Positions 27,298 to 39,328 of a DNA stretch of 64,000 nt are shown piece by piece. The notes beneath the pieces were generated by a model that was given only the letters and a program-made list of their open reading frames with translations, searched no databases and was not told where the DNA came from. Made by a program: the position numbers and the translations under genes. This DNA is from an uncultured Candidatus Saccharibacteria bacterium (GTDB lineage: Bacteria > Patescibacteriota > Minisyncoccia > RBG-13-40-8-A): NCBI GenBank assembly GCA_965231075.1, contig OZ246412.1, forward strand, positions 91,903-155,902, given 5' to 3'. Within the stretch, counting starts at the first letter, position 1; each line of letters begins with the position of its first letter.

Positions 27298-28107
27298 ATG
27301 AAGAAGAAGGTTATAATTTTGGTAGCGGTTTTGATTTTAGTTTTCGTCGGTGGAGTGATGGCGACAAAAATAATTCAAAAAAACAAGATAAACGCCTTAG
27401 GGATAGTTGTTTATGATCCCAAGGCGAATTCTGTTATACAAAGCCCTCTTTTAATTGAGGGCAAGGCAAAAGGCAATTGGTTTTTCGAGGGATCGTTTTC
27501 GGTTGAACTCACGGATGAGAGCAGAAAGCATTTTGCGACTGGCATAGTTCAAACTCGAGACGACTGGATGACAGAAGATTTTGTTTCCTTTGACGCCAAA
27601 TTAGAATTTATTTCTAACACCGAGATTAAGGGGCTTTTAATTTTTAGGAATGCCAATCCTTCCGGCTTGCCGGAAAATTCTCAAGAATTTATTGTGCCGG
27701 TGATTATTCCTAAATCCGAAACTTCTACAATAAAAGTTTATTTTAATAATAACCAAATGGATCCAGAGATTTCTTGTAACAAAGTTTTTCCTGTAGAGCG
27801 AACCATAAAAAAGACAGAAGCGGTTGGCAGAGCAGCGATTGAAGAACTGTTAAAGGGTCCTACCGAACAGGAAAGAAAGCAAGGATTTTTCACAAGTATT
27901 AATTCTGGCGTAAAAATTCAACAACTGACAATCGAAAACGGTATTGCTAAAATTGATTTCAACGAAACCTTACAGGCACAAGTCGGTGGCTCTTGTATGG
28001 TTTCAGCAATTCGCGCCGAAATAATCGAAACCTTAAAACAATTTTCCACAGTTCAAAACGTAATAATTTCTATAGATGGTAAAACTGAAGATATTCTTCA
28101 GCCATAA
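27298..28107 (+). CDS. GerMN domain-containing lipoprotein-like protein
   Basis: Signal/TM N-terminus. C-terminal AVGRAAIEELLKGPTEQERKQGFFTSI...IENGIAKIDFNE matches GerMN. Confidence 0.6.
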   Translation: MKKKVIILVAVLILVFVGGVMATKIIQKNKINALGIVVYDPKANSVIQSPLLIEGKAKGNWFFEGSFSVELTDESRKHFATGIVQTRDDWMTEDFVSFDAKLEFISNTEIKGLLIFRNANPSGLPENSQEFIVPVIIPKSETSTIKVYFNNNQMDPEISCNKVFPVERTIKKTEAVGRAAIEELLKGPTEQERKQGFFTSINSGVKIQQLTIENGIAKIDFNETLQAQVGGSCMVSAIRAEIIETLKQFSTVQNVIISIDGKTEDILQP

Positions 28108-28208
28108 AGTGAAAAGGTCGTTTAATTAAAATTAAAAAAGTTTCTATTCGCAATTTACGTTAAAATATAGTTTATTTTAGAATAAATTGTTCGTGAAATT
28201 TAATTTTC

Positions 28209-28526
28209 GTGATGTTTAGAAAAAGAGATGATTCTCCAAGAAAAATGGTACAAGGAAACTGGAAGTGTTCAAAATGTAATGCCGATATAAACGAGTTACC
28301 ATTTGAACCATCAGGTGATTTGCCAATCTATTGCAGTGCTTGCCACAGAGAAAGAATGGGCGAAAGACGAGGCAATATGGGTGGTAGAAATTTCCAAAGA
28401 CAAATGGTTCAAGGAGACTGGAAATGTGCTAAATGTGGAGTTGATATAAATCAACTTCCATTTCAACCCAAAGAAGGTCAAGAAATTCTTTGCCGAGATT
28501 GCTACAAAGCACAAAAAGGATACTAA
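28209..28526 (+). CDS. tandem zinc-ribbon small protein
   Basis: Internal duplication: MVQGNWKCSKCNADINELPFEPSGDLPIYCSAC and MVQGDWKCAKCGVDINQLPFQPKEGQEILCRDC. Confidence 0.5.
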   Translation: MMFRKRDDSPRKMVQGNWKCSKCNADINELPFEPSGDLPIYCSACHRERMGERRGNMGGRNFQRQMVQGDWKCAKCGVDINQLPFQPKEGQEILCRDCYKAQKGY

Positions 28527-28663
28527 TATCTTTTATAGTTTAAAACAACCCTCCTCGCATTACGGGGGGGGTTGTTTTGTTTCGGTATTGAACATAAATA
28601 AAATATATGCTACTGTAAAAACAAGGAGCGAAAGCACCTTGGAATTTATGAAGGGAGGTTCCC

Positions 28664-28882
28664 ATGTGCGAAGAAGTGCGTTTTTTAATGAAGAAGCTGG
28701 AGGCATTGCGCGCTTCGGGCGTGCAGGACGAAAAAACGGTGGAAATGGAAAGGACGCTGGTCATGGAAATCGGCAAGCGAATCAAAAGCGATCCGAGGGT
28801 GCATAAAGCCCTCGAACACGATCCAACCATCGCCAGTCTGATTAATCCTTCCGACATCGAGAAGCACCCCGTACTCACCTGA
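28664..28882 (+). CDS. small hypothetical protein (72 aa), GC-rich foreign-looking gene
   Basis: GGGAGG RBS, GC ~52%, GC3-rich codons. Terminator gtgcggggtatttttttattt follows. The antisense ORF 28540..28911 was rejected. Confidence 0.45.
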   Translation: MCEEVRFLMKKLEALRASGVQDEKTVEMERTLVMEIGKRIKSDPRVHKALEHDPTIASLINPSDIEKHPVLT

Positions 28883-28925
28883 GTGCGGGGTATTTTTTTA
28901 TTTAAAAACAAGATATAATTAAAAC

Positions 28926-29366
28926 ATGAGCACAGAGTTATTAAAATACGAATCTTATCTGAAAATGATTAAAAATTCAGTGGGAACGAAGATGTTTAGA
29001 AATTTATACCTAAGGGCCGACGGTAAAAAAAATGATGCAACCCACGACGGAATTCTATCTTGTTCTTATTTTGTGTCTAACGTTTTGTTGATTTGGGGGT
29101 TAATTAAAGAGGGGCATGCCAATGTTGAGAGCACAATTAATGATATGCTTAAAAATGGGTGGGTGGAAATTTCTAATGACAAAATTAAACCGGGAGATGT
29201 AATTGTTTGGGAAAAGAAAAAAAGACATTTACATATTGGGTTTTATATTGGTAAGAATAAAGCAGTAAGCAATAGAGAAGAAAAAAAGTTTCCAATTATG
29301 CATAGTTGGGATTATAACGGCAAGAGAAAAATAATTGCAGCATATAGATGCCCACTAAATATATGA
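28926..29366 (+). CDS. hypothetical protein, possible papain-like (NlpC/P60-type) fold
   Basis: Candidate Cys (GILSCSYFVSNV) and His (RHLHIGFYIG) catalytic dyad spacing. Confidence 0.35.
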   Translation: MSTELLKYESYLKMIKNSVGTKMFRNLYLRADGKKNDATHDGILSCSYFVSNVLLIWGLIKEGHANVESTINDMLKNGWVEISNDKIKPGDVIVWEKKKRHLHIGFYIGKNKAVSNREEKKFPIMHSWDYNGKRKIIAAYRCPLNI

Positions 29367-30352
29367 AAATTTTAAAAAAAATTATATTAATTTTAATAAT
29401 AATCGTTGTTGGACTATTTTTATATTTATTTGTTGGGACAACTAAGCCAGCAGAAAATATTAAGTGGGGGATAACTTTTAGCAGGGGATATGCCAGCGAT
29501 TTCGAATCCGATTGGCATAAAATGTTTTTATCAATTTTAAATGATTTGGGTGTTAGAAATTTTAGATTAGTCGCTTATTGGGACGAGATCGAAAAAGAAA
29601 AAGGAAAATACGATTTTTCCGATTTAGATTGGCAGGTAAATGAAGTTTCTAAAAAGGGAGGAGAAATAGTTTTGGCGGTAGGCAAAAGATTACCGAGATG
29701 GCCAGAATGTCACGAGCCTGAATGGCTGAAAAGCGAAAACCAAGAGACACAAAATCAAAAATTGTTTGATTATATCAAAACCACAATTAATCGTTATAAA
29801 AACAATCAGAACATAAAAATCTGGCAAATTGAAAACGAACCGTTTTTAAGAACTTTTGGAATTTGTCCAAAATTAGACAAAAAAGTTTTAGATAAAGAAA
29901 TTGCATTAATTGAAGAGCTAGATGCGTCGAAAAAGATTATGATTACCGAGAGTGGAGAATTTAGCACTTGGATCGGTGGTGCGAGAAGAGCCGATATTGT
30001 GGGGACATCAATTTATCGAACAATTTATGGAAAATTGGGCTATATAACCTATCCAATTCCAGCAGTTTTTTATCACCGCAAAACGAATTTAATAAAATTG
30101 TTTTTTAAGAACCTGGAAATTATTAGTAGTGAAGTGCAAGCCGAACCATGGGGGAGTGTGCCGGTAATTCAAATGACCAACGAACAACGCGACAAATCAA
30201 TGAGTTTTGAAAAATTTAATAAAAATATTGAATACGCGAAGAGAACCGGATTAAATGAATTATATTTATGGGGTGTGGAATGGTGGTATTGGCAAAAAAT
30301 GCAAGGAGATGATAGATATTGGCAAAAAGCCAAAGAATTATTTAATAAATAG
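29348..30352 (+). CDS. glycoside hydrolase, TIM-barrel (GH5/GH42-like)
   Basis: N-terminal TM. IENEPF catalytic acid/base motif of clan GH-A, W-rich barrel. Confidence 0.5.
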   Translation: MPTKYMKILKKIILILIIIVVGLFLYLFVGTTKPAENIKWGITFSRGYASDFESDWHKMFLSILNDLGVRNFRLVAYWDEIEKEKGKYDFSDLDWQVNEVSKKGGEIVLAVGKRLPRWPECHEPEWLKSENQETQNQKLFDYIKTTINRYKNNQNIKIWQIENEPFLRTFGICPKLDKKVLDKEIALIEELDASKKIMITESGEFSTWIGGARRADIVGTSIYRTIYGKLGYITYPIPAVFYHRKTNLIKLFFKNLEIISSEVQAEPWGSVPVIQMTNEQRDKSMSFEKFNKNIEYAKRTGLNELYLWGVEWWYWQKMQGDDRYWQKAKELFNK

Positions 30353-30355
30353 TTT

Positions 30356-31264
30356 ATGATAATAGGCGTTGATATTGGCGGGACAAATATTAAAGGAATC
30401 ATTTTAGATGGTGCGAAAATTCGCTCCAAGGTTCAGTTTGCAACAAAATCTAAAACCAATAAAAAAATTCTTTTAAATCAAGTTTTCAAAATTATTAAAA
30501 CTTTAATTAAAAAAGGAAAAAAGATTAATGGAGTCGGAGTGGGGGTAGCTGGACCGGTTGATTTTGAAAACCAAAAAGTACTAGACCCACCAAACGTAAT
30601 TGCCCTAAAAAACCTGGAACTCGGTAAATTAATTGAAAAAGAATTCAAGATTAAAACCCTAATTGAAAATGATGGACATTTAATGACTCTAGCCGAGGCG
30701 ATTAAGGGAGCGGGGAAAAATAAAAAAAATATTGTTGGCATAACTCTTGGCACGGGCGTGGGCGGGGGAATTGTAATAGATAAAAAGATAGTTCACGGAA
30801 AAACCGGTACTGCCGGAGAGATTGGACACATGAGCATTAATAAATACGGTCGAAAATGTAATTGTGGCAGCAGGGGATGTTTGGAGGCGTATGTTTGTGA
30901 AAACGGAATTCGTAAAACCGCTTATGATTTTTTCAAAAAAAGAATCAAAAGTTACGATTTACATCAAATGGGCAAGAAAGGCAACAAGCAGGCAATCGAA
31001 GCTTGGAACGAAATTGGAAAATCTTTGGGCCTAGGACTAGCGAACATTGTAGATATTTTTAATCCAGAAATAATTATTATTGGTGGTGGAATTGCGCGTG
31101 GAGCGGGGGAACTTTTAATAAACCCCACAAAAAAAGAAATGCGCAAAAATGTTTTATCGGAATCAGCGAAAAGAACACCAGTGGTTTTAGCAAAATTAAA
31201 CGAATATGCTGGTGCAATTGGCGCAAGTTTGTTATTTGATCAATTAAATAAAAAACATGAATAA
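30356..31264 (+). CDS. ROK family glucokinase
   Basis: IIGVDIGGTNIK at the N-terminus, GxGxGGG, CNCGSRGCLEAY zinc motif. Confidence 0.8.
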   Translation: MIIGVDIGGTNIKGIILDGAKIRSKVQFATKSKTNKKILLNQVFKIIKTLIKKGKKINGVGVGVAGPVDFENQKVLDPPNVIALKNLELGKLIEKEFKIKTLIENDGHLMTLAEAIKGAGKNKKNIVGITLGTGVGGGIVIDKKIVHGKTGTAGEIGHMSINKYGRKCNCGSRGCLEAYVCENGIRKTAYDFFKKRIKSYDLHQMGKKGNKQAIEAWNEIGKSLGLGLANIVDIFNPEIIIIGGGIARGAGELLINPTKKEMRKNVLSESAKRTPVVLAKLNEYAGAIGASLLFDQLNKKHE

Positions 31265-31892
31265 TCAAAAAATATATATTATAGTAATTTTAGTTTTATT
31301 ATTGGTTGTGGCGTTTTTGATCTATAATCAATTTTTCAAAACAGACAGGATAAACAATACACCTCAAGGAGCTCCAGGAGAAGAGTTGGTTATTGGTAAC
31401 CAAAAAGCACCGGTTACAATTATAGAATATTACAGTTATTTATGTGGGTATTGTAAAATATTCGAAAATCAAACCATGCCCAAATTGATGAAAAACTATA
31501 TCACTACAGGAAAAGCGAAATTAATTTTAAGACCATTCCCGCCGTATGAACTGGTTGAAGCGGTTTTTTGTGCCAATGATCAAGGCAAGTTTTCTGAATA
31601 TCACAATTATCTTTTTGCTAACAACGACCAGATAAATAGCATAGATATTTTAAAAGCTTTTGCCAATAACCTAGGGTTAAACAAGGACGAATTTGGCGAC
31701 TGTATAGATTCACGAAAATACAAATCTCGCGCCGAAGGAACATATAATCAGGGCAATAATGATTTTAAAAAAGCCAACATTCCCACCGACAAACAAGGCA
31801 CGCCAACATTCTTTATTAACGGCGAAGCAATTATTGGCGCTGTTCCGTATGATGACTTTGTGGAATTAATTGAAAAAAAACTGGCCAATTAA
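31257..31892 (+). CDS. DsbA-family thiol:disulfide oxidoreductase
   Basis: N-terminal TM, thioredoxin fold with CGYC active site. Confidence 0.7.
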   Translation: MNNQKIYIIVILVLLLVVAFLIYNQFFKTDRINNTPQGAPGEELVIGNQKAPVTIIEYYSYLCGYCKIFENQTMPKLMKNYITTGKAKLILRPFPPYELVEAVFCANDQGKFSEYHNYLFANNDQINSIDILKAFANNLGLNKDEFGDCIDSRKYKSRAEGTYNQGNNDFKKANIPTDKQGTPTFFINGEAIIGAVPYDDFVELIEKKLAN

Positions 31893-31894
31893 TC

Positions 31895-33898
31895 ATGGAC
31901 AAAAAGCAAGCCAAAGAAAGAATTGGGAAACTAAAAAAAGAAATTTGGAAGCACAGTTATGCTTATCATGTTTTGGATATGCCAGAAATTTCTGACGCCG
32001 CTTTTGATTCATTAAAAAATGAACTAGAAGAATTAGAGTATAAATTTCCCGAATTAATTACTTCTGACTCGCCAACTCAACGCGTTAGTGGGGAACCGTT
32101 GGATAAATTTCAAAAATTTCATCATGCCGCACCCATGCTTTCTTTTAATGACGCATTTAACAAACAAGAAATGCTTGATTGGCAAAATCGAAATAACAAG
32201 ATCGTTAAAAATTATGACAAAAATGGATATTATTGTGAATTAAAAATCGACGGCTTGGCAATAGAATTAATTTATGAAAAAGGAATTTTAAAAACCGGCT
32301 CAACCCGCGGAGATGGAATAATTGGTGAAGACATAACGCAAAACTTAAGGACCATTGCAAGCATTCCTTTAAAATTAATGAGCCAAGCCCCCGACAAATT
32401 AATTGTGCGTGGAGAAGTTTATTTAAAGACTAAAGAATTCGAAAGAATCAACAGGGAACTTGCACAGAAAAAAGAAAAAACCTATGCTAACCCCAGAAAT
32501 CTGGCTGCTGGTTCGGTTAGACAACTGGACGCCAGAATAACCGCACAACGCAAATTAGATTTTTTTGCCTATGCCCTGATCACTGACATGGGTCAAGAAA
32601 AACACCAACAAGAACATAAAATTTTAAAAGAAATTGGTTTTAAAACCGTACAATATAATAAGTTTTGTCTCAATCTCGAGGAAGTGGAAAAACTGAAGGA
32701 TTATTGGGAAATTGCTAGAGAAAAACTGGATTACGAAATTGATGGATTGGTTGTAATCACTGACGAAAATTCAATGTTTAAAAAATTGGGTGCGGTAGGT
32801 AAGGCGCCTCGAGGAGCAATCGCGTATAAATTTTCCGCTAAAGAAGGAACGACGATTATCGAAGACGTGATTTGGCAGGTTGGCAGAACGGGAGTTTTAA
32901 CTCCGGTAGCAGTATTAAAACCAGTAGATATTGGCGGAGCGACAATTTCACGAGCAACACTTCACAATTTAGATGAAATTAAAAGATTAGAGATAAAAAT
33001 AGGGGACACGGTAATTGTTGGTCGGGCAGGTGACGTGATACCCGATATTATTAAACCACTAAAAGAATTGCGGAACGGAAAAGAAAAAAACATAAAAGTT
33101 CCCTTAACTTGTCCAATTTGTGGTTCGAAAGTGACAAAAATTGGCGATGAAGTTGCTTATCGGTGTGCAGACAAAAATTGTGGTGCGATTCAAAGAGAAA
33201 AAATTTATCATTTCGTATCCAAAAAAGCATTTAATATAATGGGTCTCGGACCCAAGATTGTTGACAGATTTTTAGACGAAGGGTTGATCAAGGATTCTGC
33301 AGATTTGTTTTCATTAAAGGAAGAGGACATAAAACACTTAGAACGTTTTGCTGAAAAATCCGCTGAAAACATTATTAGATCGATTCAATCAAAGAAGGAG
33401 ATTAAATTAGAAAAGTTTTTGTTCGGTTTGGGGATTTTGCAAGTAGGGGAAGAGACGGCGTTTGATTTGGCAAGGGTTTTTGGAGACATAGAAAAAATTA
33501 AAAATTCTTCGATAGAAGAATTAGAAAAAATAAACGATGTCGGACCAAAGGTTGCAGAATCAATACATGCTTGGTTTAGAGAAAAAAAGAACTTAGAATT
33601 TTTGCAAAAACTTAATAAAGCTGGTATAACTATAATAAATCCCCCCATCACGCCAAGGCTTCGCGGGGCAAGTAAAATTCAAAACAAAGTATTTGTTCTA
33701 ACTGGGGAATTAGAATCAATGACCAGGGACGAAGCTAAAGAGAAGATTCGTGATTTAGGTGGCGATGTTTCCGGATCAGTTTCCAAGAATACAAGTTTCG
33801 TAGTCGCCGGATCGGAGCCGGGAAGTAAGCTTGAAAAAGCGCAGAAATTGGGCGTTAAAATAATAAGCGAAAACGAATTTTTAAAGTTAATAAAATGA
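31895..33898 (+). CDS. ligA: NAD-dependent DNA ligase LigA
   Basis: KxDG adenylation motif (ELKIDGLA), Zn finger CPICGS...C..C, HhH and C-terminal BRCT. Confidence 0.9.
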   Translation: MDKKQAKERIGKLKKEIWKHSYAYHVLDMPEISDAAFDSLKNELEELEYKFPELITSDSPTQRVSGEPLDKFQKFHHAAPMLSFNDAFNKQEMLDWQNRNNKIVKNYDKNGYYCELKIDGLAIELIYEKGILKTGSTRGDGIIGEDITQNLRTIASIPLKLMSQAPDKLIVRGEVYLKTKEFERINRELAQKKEKTYANPRNLAAGSVRQLDARITAQRKLDFFAYALITDMGQEKHQQEHKILKEIGFKTVQYNKFCLNLEEVEKLKDYWEIAREKLDYEIDGLVVITDENSMFKKLGAVGKAPRGAIAYKFSAKEGTTIIEDVIWQVGRTGVLTPVAVLKPVDIGGATISRATLHNLDEIKRLEIKIGDTVIVGRAGDVIPDIIKPLKELRNGKEKNIKVPLTCPICGSKVTKIGDEVAYRCADKNCGAIQREKIYHFVSKKAFNIMGLGPKIVDRFLDEGLIKDSADLFSLKEEDIKHLERFAEKSAENIIRSIQSKKEIKLEKFLFGLGILQVGEETAFDLARVFGDIEKIKNSSIEELEKINDVGPKVAESIHAWFREKKNLEFLQKLNKAGITIINPPITPRLRGASKIQNKVFVLTGELESMTRDEAKEKIRDLGGDVSGSVSKNTSFVVAGSEPGSKLEKAQKLGVKIISENEFLKLIK

Positions 33899-34185
33899 TA
33901 AGCAAAGAACAAATTGAACATATTGCCAAACTGGCAAGAATAAAATTGACGGACAAAGAAGAGGAAAAATTTTCTAATGACCTTTCCTCGATTTTAAGTT
34001 ATATCGATAAATTAAACGAGGTTGATACAGAAAACATTAAACCGATTAAACAAATTACCGGACTAGAGACGATAACACGAAAAGATGAAACAACGAACAA
34101 GGATGCTGAAATCGCGAAAAAGACATTAGAACAAGCGCCAGAAAAACAAAATAATTATTTTAAAGTGCCAAAGATACTGGAATGA
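33895..34185 (+). CDS. gatC: Asp-tRNA(Asn)/Glu-tRNA(Gln) amidotransferase subunit C
   Basis: Small protein, IEHIAKLARIKLTDKE...LNEVDT pattern. Translationally coupled to gatA. Confidence 0.8.
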   Translation: MISKEQIEHIAKLARIKLTDKEEEKFSNDLSSILSYIDKLNEVDTENIKPIKQITGLETITRKDETTNKDAEIAKKTLEQAPEKQNNYFKVPKILE

Positions 34186-35618
34186 ACCTAAAAAACCTAA
34201 CAATTGAATCTGCGAGAAGGGGAATGATTAAAAAAGAATTTACTTGTACGGAGTTAGCACAAGCGTGTTTAGATAATATCAAAAAAGACAACAAAGAAAT
34301 AAATGACTTTTTGGAAATTACCGAAAAATTAGCACTAAAACAGGCAAAAAAGATTGACGACAAAATTGAAAGAGGAGAGAAAATAGAAGGATTAGAAGGA
34401 ATTCCAATTGCAATTAAGGACAATATTTTGGTGGAAGGATATAATTGTACCGCTGGCTCAAAAATATTAGAAAACCATAAAGCCGTTTATGATGCAACCG
34501 TGATTAAGAAACTAAAAGATGCGGGGGCGATAATTGTTGGTAAAACAAACCTAGATGAATTTGCCATGGGTTCTTCGACTGAAAATTCGGCATTTGGCGT
34601 TGTAAAAAATCCGCTTGATAAAAAAAGAGTTCCGGGTGGTTCTTCTGGTGGCTCGGCGGCAGCGGTTGTAGTGGGTCATTGTTTGGGAGCATTGGGATCT
34701 GACACAGGTGGATCTGTTCGCCAACCAGCGAGTTTTTGTGGAGTTGTAGGATATAAACCGAGCTATGGCACGGTTTCTCGATATGGATTAATTGCTATGT
34801 CTTCGTCCTTAGATCAAATTGGAACGTTTGCAAAAACAGTAGAAGACGCAAAATTAATTTTTGATACCATAAAAGGGAAAGACGAAATGGATTCCACAAC
34901 AATAGACGAGACAAGATACAAGATACAAGAGATAAGAGACAAACATTTAAGAATAGGAATTCCGAAGGAATATTTTGCGGAAGGCATTGATTTGAACGTT
35001 AAAGATAAAATTCAAAAAGCCATCAACGTTTTCCAAAACATGGGAGCCGAAATAAAAGAAATTAGCTTGCCATTAACCGATTATGCCTTGGCGGTTTATT
35101 ATATTATTATGCCAGCCGAAGTCAGTGCTAATTTGGCGAGGTTCGACGGAATTAAATACGGATATTCAGAAACTAAAAATCAAAAGTCAAAAGTTAAAAA
35201 TTTACTGGAACATTATCTAGAAACCAGGGCGAAAGGATTCGGTGATGAATCTAGAAGAAGGATAATTCTTGGCACTTATGTTTTATCGGCGGGTTATCGT
35301 GATGCTTATTATAATAAAGCTCAAAAAGTTCGAACTCTAGTTAAAAAAGAATTTGAAGACGCATTTAAAGAGGTTGATGTCATTATTACGCCGACCGCAC
35401 CAACTCCGGCGTTTGAAATTGGTGCGAAAAAAGATCCACTTTCAATGTATCTTTCAGATATTTACACTACACCAGCATCATTAGCTGGCCTTCCAGCAAT
35501 TTCTGTGCCTTGTGGCGAAATAAATAATTTACCAATTGGTCTGCAAATCATTGGACCACAATTTTATGATGAATTTGTTTTTGAAATCGCTCAAATTTTC
35601 AGGCAACTTTACCAATAA
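34182..35618 (+). CDS. gatA: Asp-tRNA(Asn)/Glu-tRNA(Gln) amidotransferase subunit A
   Basis: Amidase signature GGSSGGSAAAV, Ser-cisSer-Lys triad region. Confidence 0.9.
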   Translation: MNLKNLTIESARRGMIKKEFTCTELAQACLDNIKKDNKEINDFLEITEKLALKQAKKIDDKIERGEKIEGLEGIPIAIKDNILVEGYNCTAGSKILENHKAVYDATVIKKLKDAGAIIVGKTNLDEFAMGSSTENSAFGVVKNPLDKKRVPGGSSGGSAAAVVVGHCLGALGSDTGGSVRQPASFCGVVGYKPSYGTVSRYGLIAMSSSLDQIGTFAKTVEDAKLIFDTIKGKDEMDSTTIDETRYKIQEIRDKHLRIGIPKEYFAEGIDLNVKDKIQKAINVFQNMGAEIKEISLPLTDYALAVYYIIMPAEVSANLARFDGIKYGYSETKNQKSKVKNLLEHYLETRAKGFGDESRRRIILGTYVLSAGYRDAYYNKAQKVRTLVKKEFEDAFKEVDVIITPTAPTPAFEIGAKKDPLSMYLSDIYTTPASLAGLPAISVPCGEINNLPIGLQIIGPQFYDEFVFEIAQIFRQLYQ

Positions 35619-35673
35619 TCCTCAATATATTGATAACGCTGCTAACAATAATCTGGCCGACAATGTTGGCAAG

Positions 35674-36234
35674 ATGGTCGCCAACACTAATGGTAATTAC
35701 GATCAGGTTATGAGGCAGGGGATTGTAAGGTTTATGGCCCAGGCTCGAACGGTTTGGACCGATTTTGGTGCCAGTGTTTTCGATTTTTTTAAGTCCTACA
35801 AATTTAAAGAAATTGTTTTCACGCTAAAGACAATTTCATTAATTTTGTCTTTAATTTTGTTGGCAATAATCATTTATGTTTTTATTAAATCTAATTCTCT
35901 GGGCAAGGCCAAAGTCACAACTATTAATCCGAAGGCTGTCTTTAAAAAGAAAAAAACTCAAAAAAAATGGGCTAAAATTGAAAAAAGATTTAATTCGGGG
36001 AACGAAGCAAATTATAAGTTGGCAATTATCGAGGCAGATAATTTTTACGATGAATGTTTAAAAATCCTGGGTTATGAATCAGAAAAAAATCTTAGCAATG
36101 CGGACGAAGTAAAAAAAGCAAGAAAAATCAAGGGAAAAATAATCGAAGATTCTGATTTTGTGTTGACAACAGGGGACACAAAAAATAGCTTGGATGCTTA
36201 TAAAAAAGGACTGGAAGAATTAAATGTGATTTAA
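35674..36234 (+). CDS. hypothetical membrane protein
   Basis: One TM (ISLILSLILLAIIIYVFI). Start moved to an internal Met to avoid overlapping gatA; uncertain. Confidence 0.35.
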   Translation: MVANTNGNYDQVMRQGIVRFMAQARTVWTDFGASVFDFFKSYKFKEIVFTLKTISLILSLILLAIIIYVFIKSNSLGKAKVTTINPKAVFKKKKTQKKWAKIEKRFNSGNEANYKLAIIEADNFYDECLKILGYESEKNLSNADEVKKARKIKGKIIEDSDFVLTTGDTKNSLDAYKKGLEELNVI

Positions 36235-36294
36235 TTTGCGTTTTTTAAATTTCGTGTTATTATTTATAAATCCCGAAAATACGGGATAAGTTAT

Positions 36295-36366
36295 AGCGGG
36301 GTAGAGAAGCAGTATCTCGCCTGGCCCATAACCAGGAAATCGTTGGTGCAATTCCAACCCCCGCAA
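36295..36366 (+). tRNA. tRNA with CAT anticodon (Met/initiator/Ile2-type), atypical
   Basis: Cloverleaf: D-stem GAGA/TCTC, anticodon stem CCTGG/CCAGG with loop CCCATAA (C33), T-arm GTTGG-TGCAATT-CCAAC, acceptor AGCGGGG/CCCCGCA leaving an A1-A72 mismatch. Confidence 0.45.
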
Positions 36367-36379
36367 CCTTTTATGGTTC

Positions 36380-36452
36380 GACAGGGTAGCTCAGTTGGTA
36401 GAGCGTGGGACTCATAAGCCCGAGGTCGTGGGTTCAATCCCCACCCCTGTCA
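36380..36452 (+). tRNA. tRNA-Met (anticodon CAT)
   Basis: Acceptor GACAGGG/CCCTGTC, anticodon loop CTCATAA flanked by a GGG/CCC stem, T-arm GTGGG-TTCAATC-CCCAC. Confidence 0.75.
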
Positions 36453-36481
36453 TACTTCGACTTGCTCAGTATAAATCTTAT

Positions 36482-36559
36482 GCAGCTGTAGCTTAGATGG
36501 CTTAAAGCGCTTCCCTGTCACGGAAGAGATCGAGGGTTCGAATCCCTTCAGCTGCGCCA
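36482..36559 (+). tRNA. tRNA-Asp (anticodon GTC), CCA encoded
   Basis: Acceptor GCAGCTG/CAGCTGC, anticodon stem CTTCC/GGAAG with loop CTGTCAC, T-arm GAGGG-TTCGAAT-CCCTT, GCCA 3' end. Confidence 0.8.
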
Positions 36560-36563
36560 AATA

Positions 36564-36590
36564 ATTTCACCCCGTAAAGCGGGGTTTAAT
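36564..36590 (+). terminator. intrinsic terminator after tRNA cluster
   Basis: caccccgtaaagcggggt followed by ttaattattt. Confidence 0.45.
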
Positions 36591-36656
36591 TATTTGCATC
36601 GATTGTAAAAATTTGCTAAAATTAATATGTAACCAAGTATAGCTTGGCACAACAAC

Positions 36657-36926
36657 ATGCAAATCAAACCTATTAAAAAAAGGCTGTTTATTAAATTAGA
36701 TTTGATTTGGACGCTTGTATTTTTTGTTGGATTTGTTATTATTTTATATTCAGTAAATCCGTTCGAAACCAGTGTCTGGGGGTTAATATTGTTTTATTTG
36801 GTTTTGTTTTGTTTGCTGTTGGGAATATTAAATTTAATAAAAATACTTTTCAGAATTCCGTTTAAATTTATTTTAATAATTGATGTTATAATTATAATTA
36901 TTTTGCTGATAAAAAGTTTATCTTAA
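36657..36926 (+). CDS. small membrane protein
   Basis: Three hydrophobic helices. Confidence 0.3.
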   Translation: MQIKPIKKRLFIKLDLIWTLVFFVGFVIILYSVNPFETSVWGLILFYLVLFCLLLGILNLIKILFRIPFKFILIIDVIIIIILLIKSLS

Positions 36927-36964
36927 ATTGATTAAGTAAAAACCGCTGGAGGGCGGGAAAAAAC

Positions 36965-39294
<2,330 letters not shown>

Positions 39295-39328
39295 TTTTTA
39301 AAAAGCTATCTTTAATTAAGATGGCCCT

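Noticed and set aside
28540-28911. 123-aa minus-strand ORF antisense to the 72-aa GC-rich gene
   Set aside because: No RBS and no terminator on that strand. The plus-strand ORF has a GGGAGG RBS and a downstream terminator. Kept only as an alternative in the findings.
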